A DNA stretch of 61,444 bases, the filler included, from Basidiobolus ranarum (lineage: Eukaryota): the NCBI GenBank assembly GCA_040143965.1. It is 3 parts of 3 records of this genome, joined end to end, with 100 filler letters (N's around TTAATTAATTAA, not from the genome) between each part and the next. Parts side by side here need not be neighbours in the genome. Positions count along the whole stretch, not along the records: positions 41,072 to 61,444 come from JASJQH010000230.1; 2 more parts are not named here. The stretch is one strand, 5' to 3'. Within the stretch, counting starts at the first letter, position 1; the number at the start of each line of letters is the position of its first letter. A program made the translations under genes and the position numbers. This document shows positions 60,211 to 61,444 of this stretch, piece after piece. The notes beneath the pieces were generated by a model. It saw nothing but the letters and a program-made list of their open reading frames with translations, did no database searches and was not told the DNA's origin.

Positions 60211-61444
60211 TGTTGGAATTAACATAGCTTAAACATCTATATAGTCATGTATGTTGAAATTAGCTTTGCCTAAACACCTATATAGTCATATATAGCTTAG
60301 TACTTGGTTATCTTATATTTCACTAAGATATTATCCATTATCCTCATGAGGAATTTACTTAGAATATTGACACCAATGTAGAAGTGCTCAGATATATAGC
60401 TTTTTCAAACTTGTGCTAGAAGCCCCAAACTTTGCACACATGTTTCTGAGACCTTCCTTAGCACATTCTTCATTTTAGTTGGTTTACTTCTTGACAACAT
60501 TATAAATGTCTGCTTTCTACTCAATAAATCAATAAGTGAAAATTACCAATTTCTCTAATTCCCCAAACCACTTCCTATAGGCTCCCAAAGACTTTAATAG
60601 GTTATGAGCCCTGGGCTTGCACTCTCTATAATCTCTCCTTCTCAAGTTTATGGAACGTTTCCCTCTGCTGCATAATTGAATGAAACCAATTATCAAGTTT
60701 GGAAAATTAAAATGAATATGCTGCTGAAAGAAAAAGGACTTTGAGACACTGTTGTAGGAGAAGAAGACAATGCAAAACTATCTGAAACTAAAGTTTTACT
60801 CCAGGTTAAAAAAGAACAAAGTGCCTTTAACAAAATTAGGCTTAATGTTAAAGACAAATTGCTAATTCAATATTCAAGAGCTAAAACTGCCCAGAAGGTA
60901 TGGAAAGCCTTGGAAGACACCTACCAAACAAGTTCTGCTGCCTACAAGATGTTTCCAAGAAGACAAATTCTTACCTTAAAGATGAAGCCAGGAGAAGATA
61001 TCAAATCACTAATTAACAGAGTTACTTTTTTAGTGGATGAAATATAATGCATTGAACTACCTACTACTGATCATGTTGGATAATTAGTCTTTATTCAACA
61101 TCATAGTTAACTTTAGTTATGATACATATATTAGAAACAGAAAGCAACATATCTATAGCCCCTATATTCTAAATAGGAATATCTCTATATCTATATAACA
61201 AGTATGTCTTATTACTCCCACTTATCTATTATATCTTATTACACAAACTCCTGAATATCACAAACAATTGACTTTTCTACTATACAAGTCACTATATACT
61301 CTTAAAAATAAAGTAACTAAGACACACTATCATAAGTTGTTTCTAATACTCAAAGTCTACCCCCATTATGTCAAGATCCTCCAACTGATCAATATATCAT
61401 AGATACAGTCCTGAATAGCATGCCATATGAGTTTCAGAGCCTAG
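60211..61444 (+). mobile_element. Degenerate Ty1/copia element: 5' LTR-A, PBS, gag
   Basis: LTR 60252-60599 (TGTTG..TTTAATA), preceded by an older LTR stub 60211-60251; PBS GGTTATGAGCCC 60600-60611; gag LNETNYQVWKIKM..KGL*DTV..TAQKVWKALEDTY..LKMKPGEDI with stops. Confidence 0.92.
61074..61386 (+). mobile_element. Solo LTR (family LTR-B) inserted in gag with a 5-bp TSD
   Basis: TGTTGGA...TCCAACT flanked by GATCA at 61069-61073 and 61387-61391; its 3' end matches 40634-40704 in reverse complement. Confidence 0.92.

Overview
Gene-dense eukaryotic DNA with short (about 50-130 nt) GT-AG introns. The proteins look like those of an early-diverging fungus (Zoopagomycota/Mucoromycota type; inference only). 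The window is three contigs joined by two artificial 100-nt N spacers containing TTAATTAATTAA (20496-20595, 40972-41071). The first ~12 kb is accessory: a GPI-anchored 6-Cys protein, a triple 8-Cys-repeat membrane protein, a sulfotransferase-like gene, and decayed subtilisin and subgroup-C GH18 chitinase genes. It also holds a striking cluster of ATCWGATAA motifs (the SreA/Fep1-type iron-repression consensus). The rest is mostly housekeeping genes: RRP12, an MFS transporter, a catalase 3' end, RPL24, Mo25, an Atg31-like gene, U3 snoRNA, NAC-beta, RAD21, mtHsp70, SMC1, an R-SNARE, MED11, a uL1 3' end, ARPC2, a FYRN/FYRC protein, NDK, a C2-C2 protein, ATP23, NCS-1, two ankyrin-CCCH paralogs, TFB5, TRM82 and a SET/NAP-family gene. 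There is also a GCV2 pseudogene, a stand-alone FAS-type PPT domain and nested Ty1/copia LTRs. The best candidate for an undescribed system is the convergent pair at 2.2-5.3 kb: a CFEM-like GPI protein and a Cys-repeat receptor-like protein that share a near-identical double iron-GATA element. All family assignments come from recognising motifs by eye; no searches were run.
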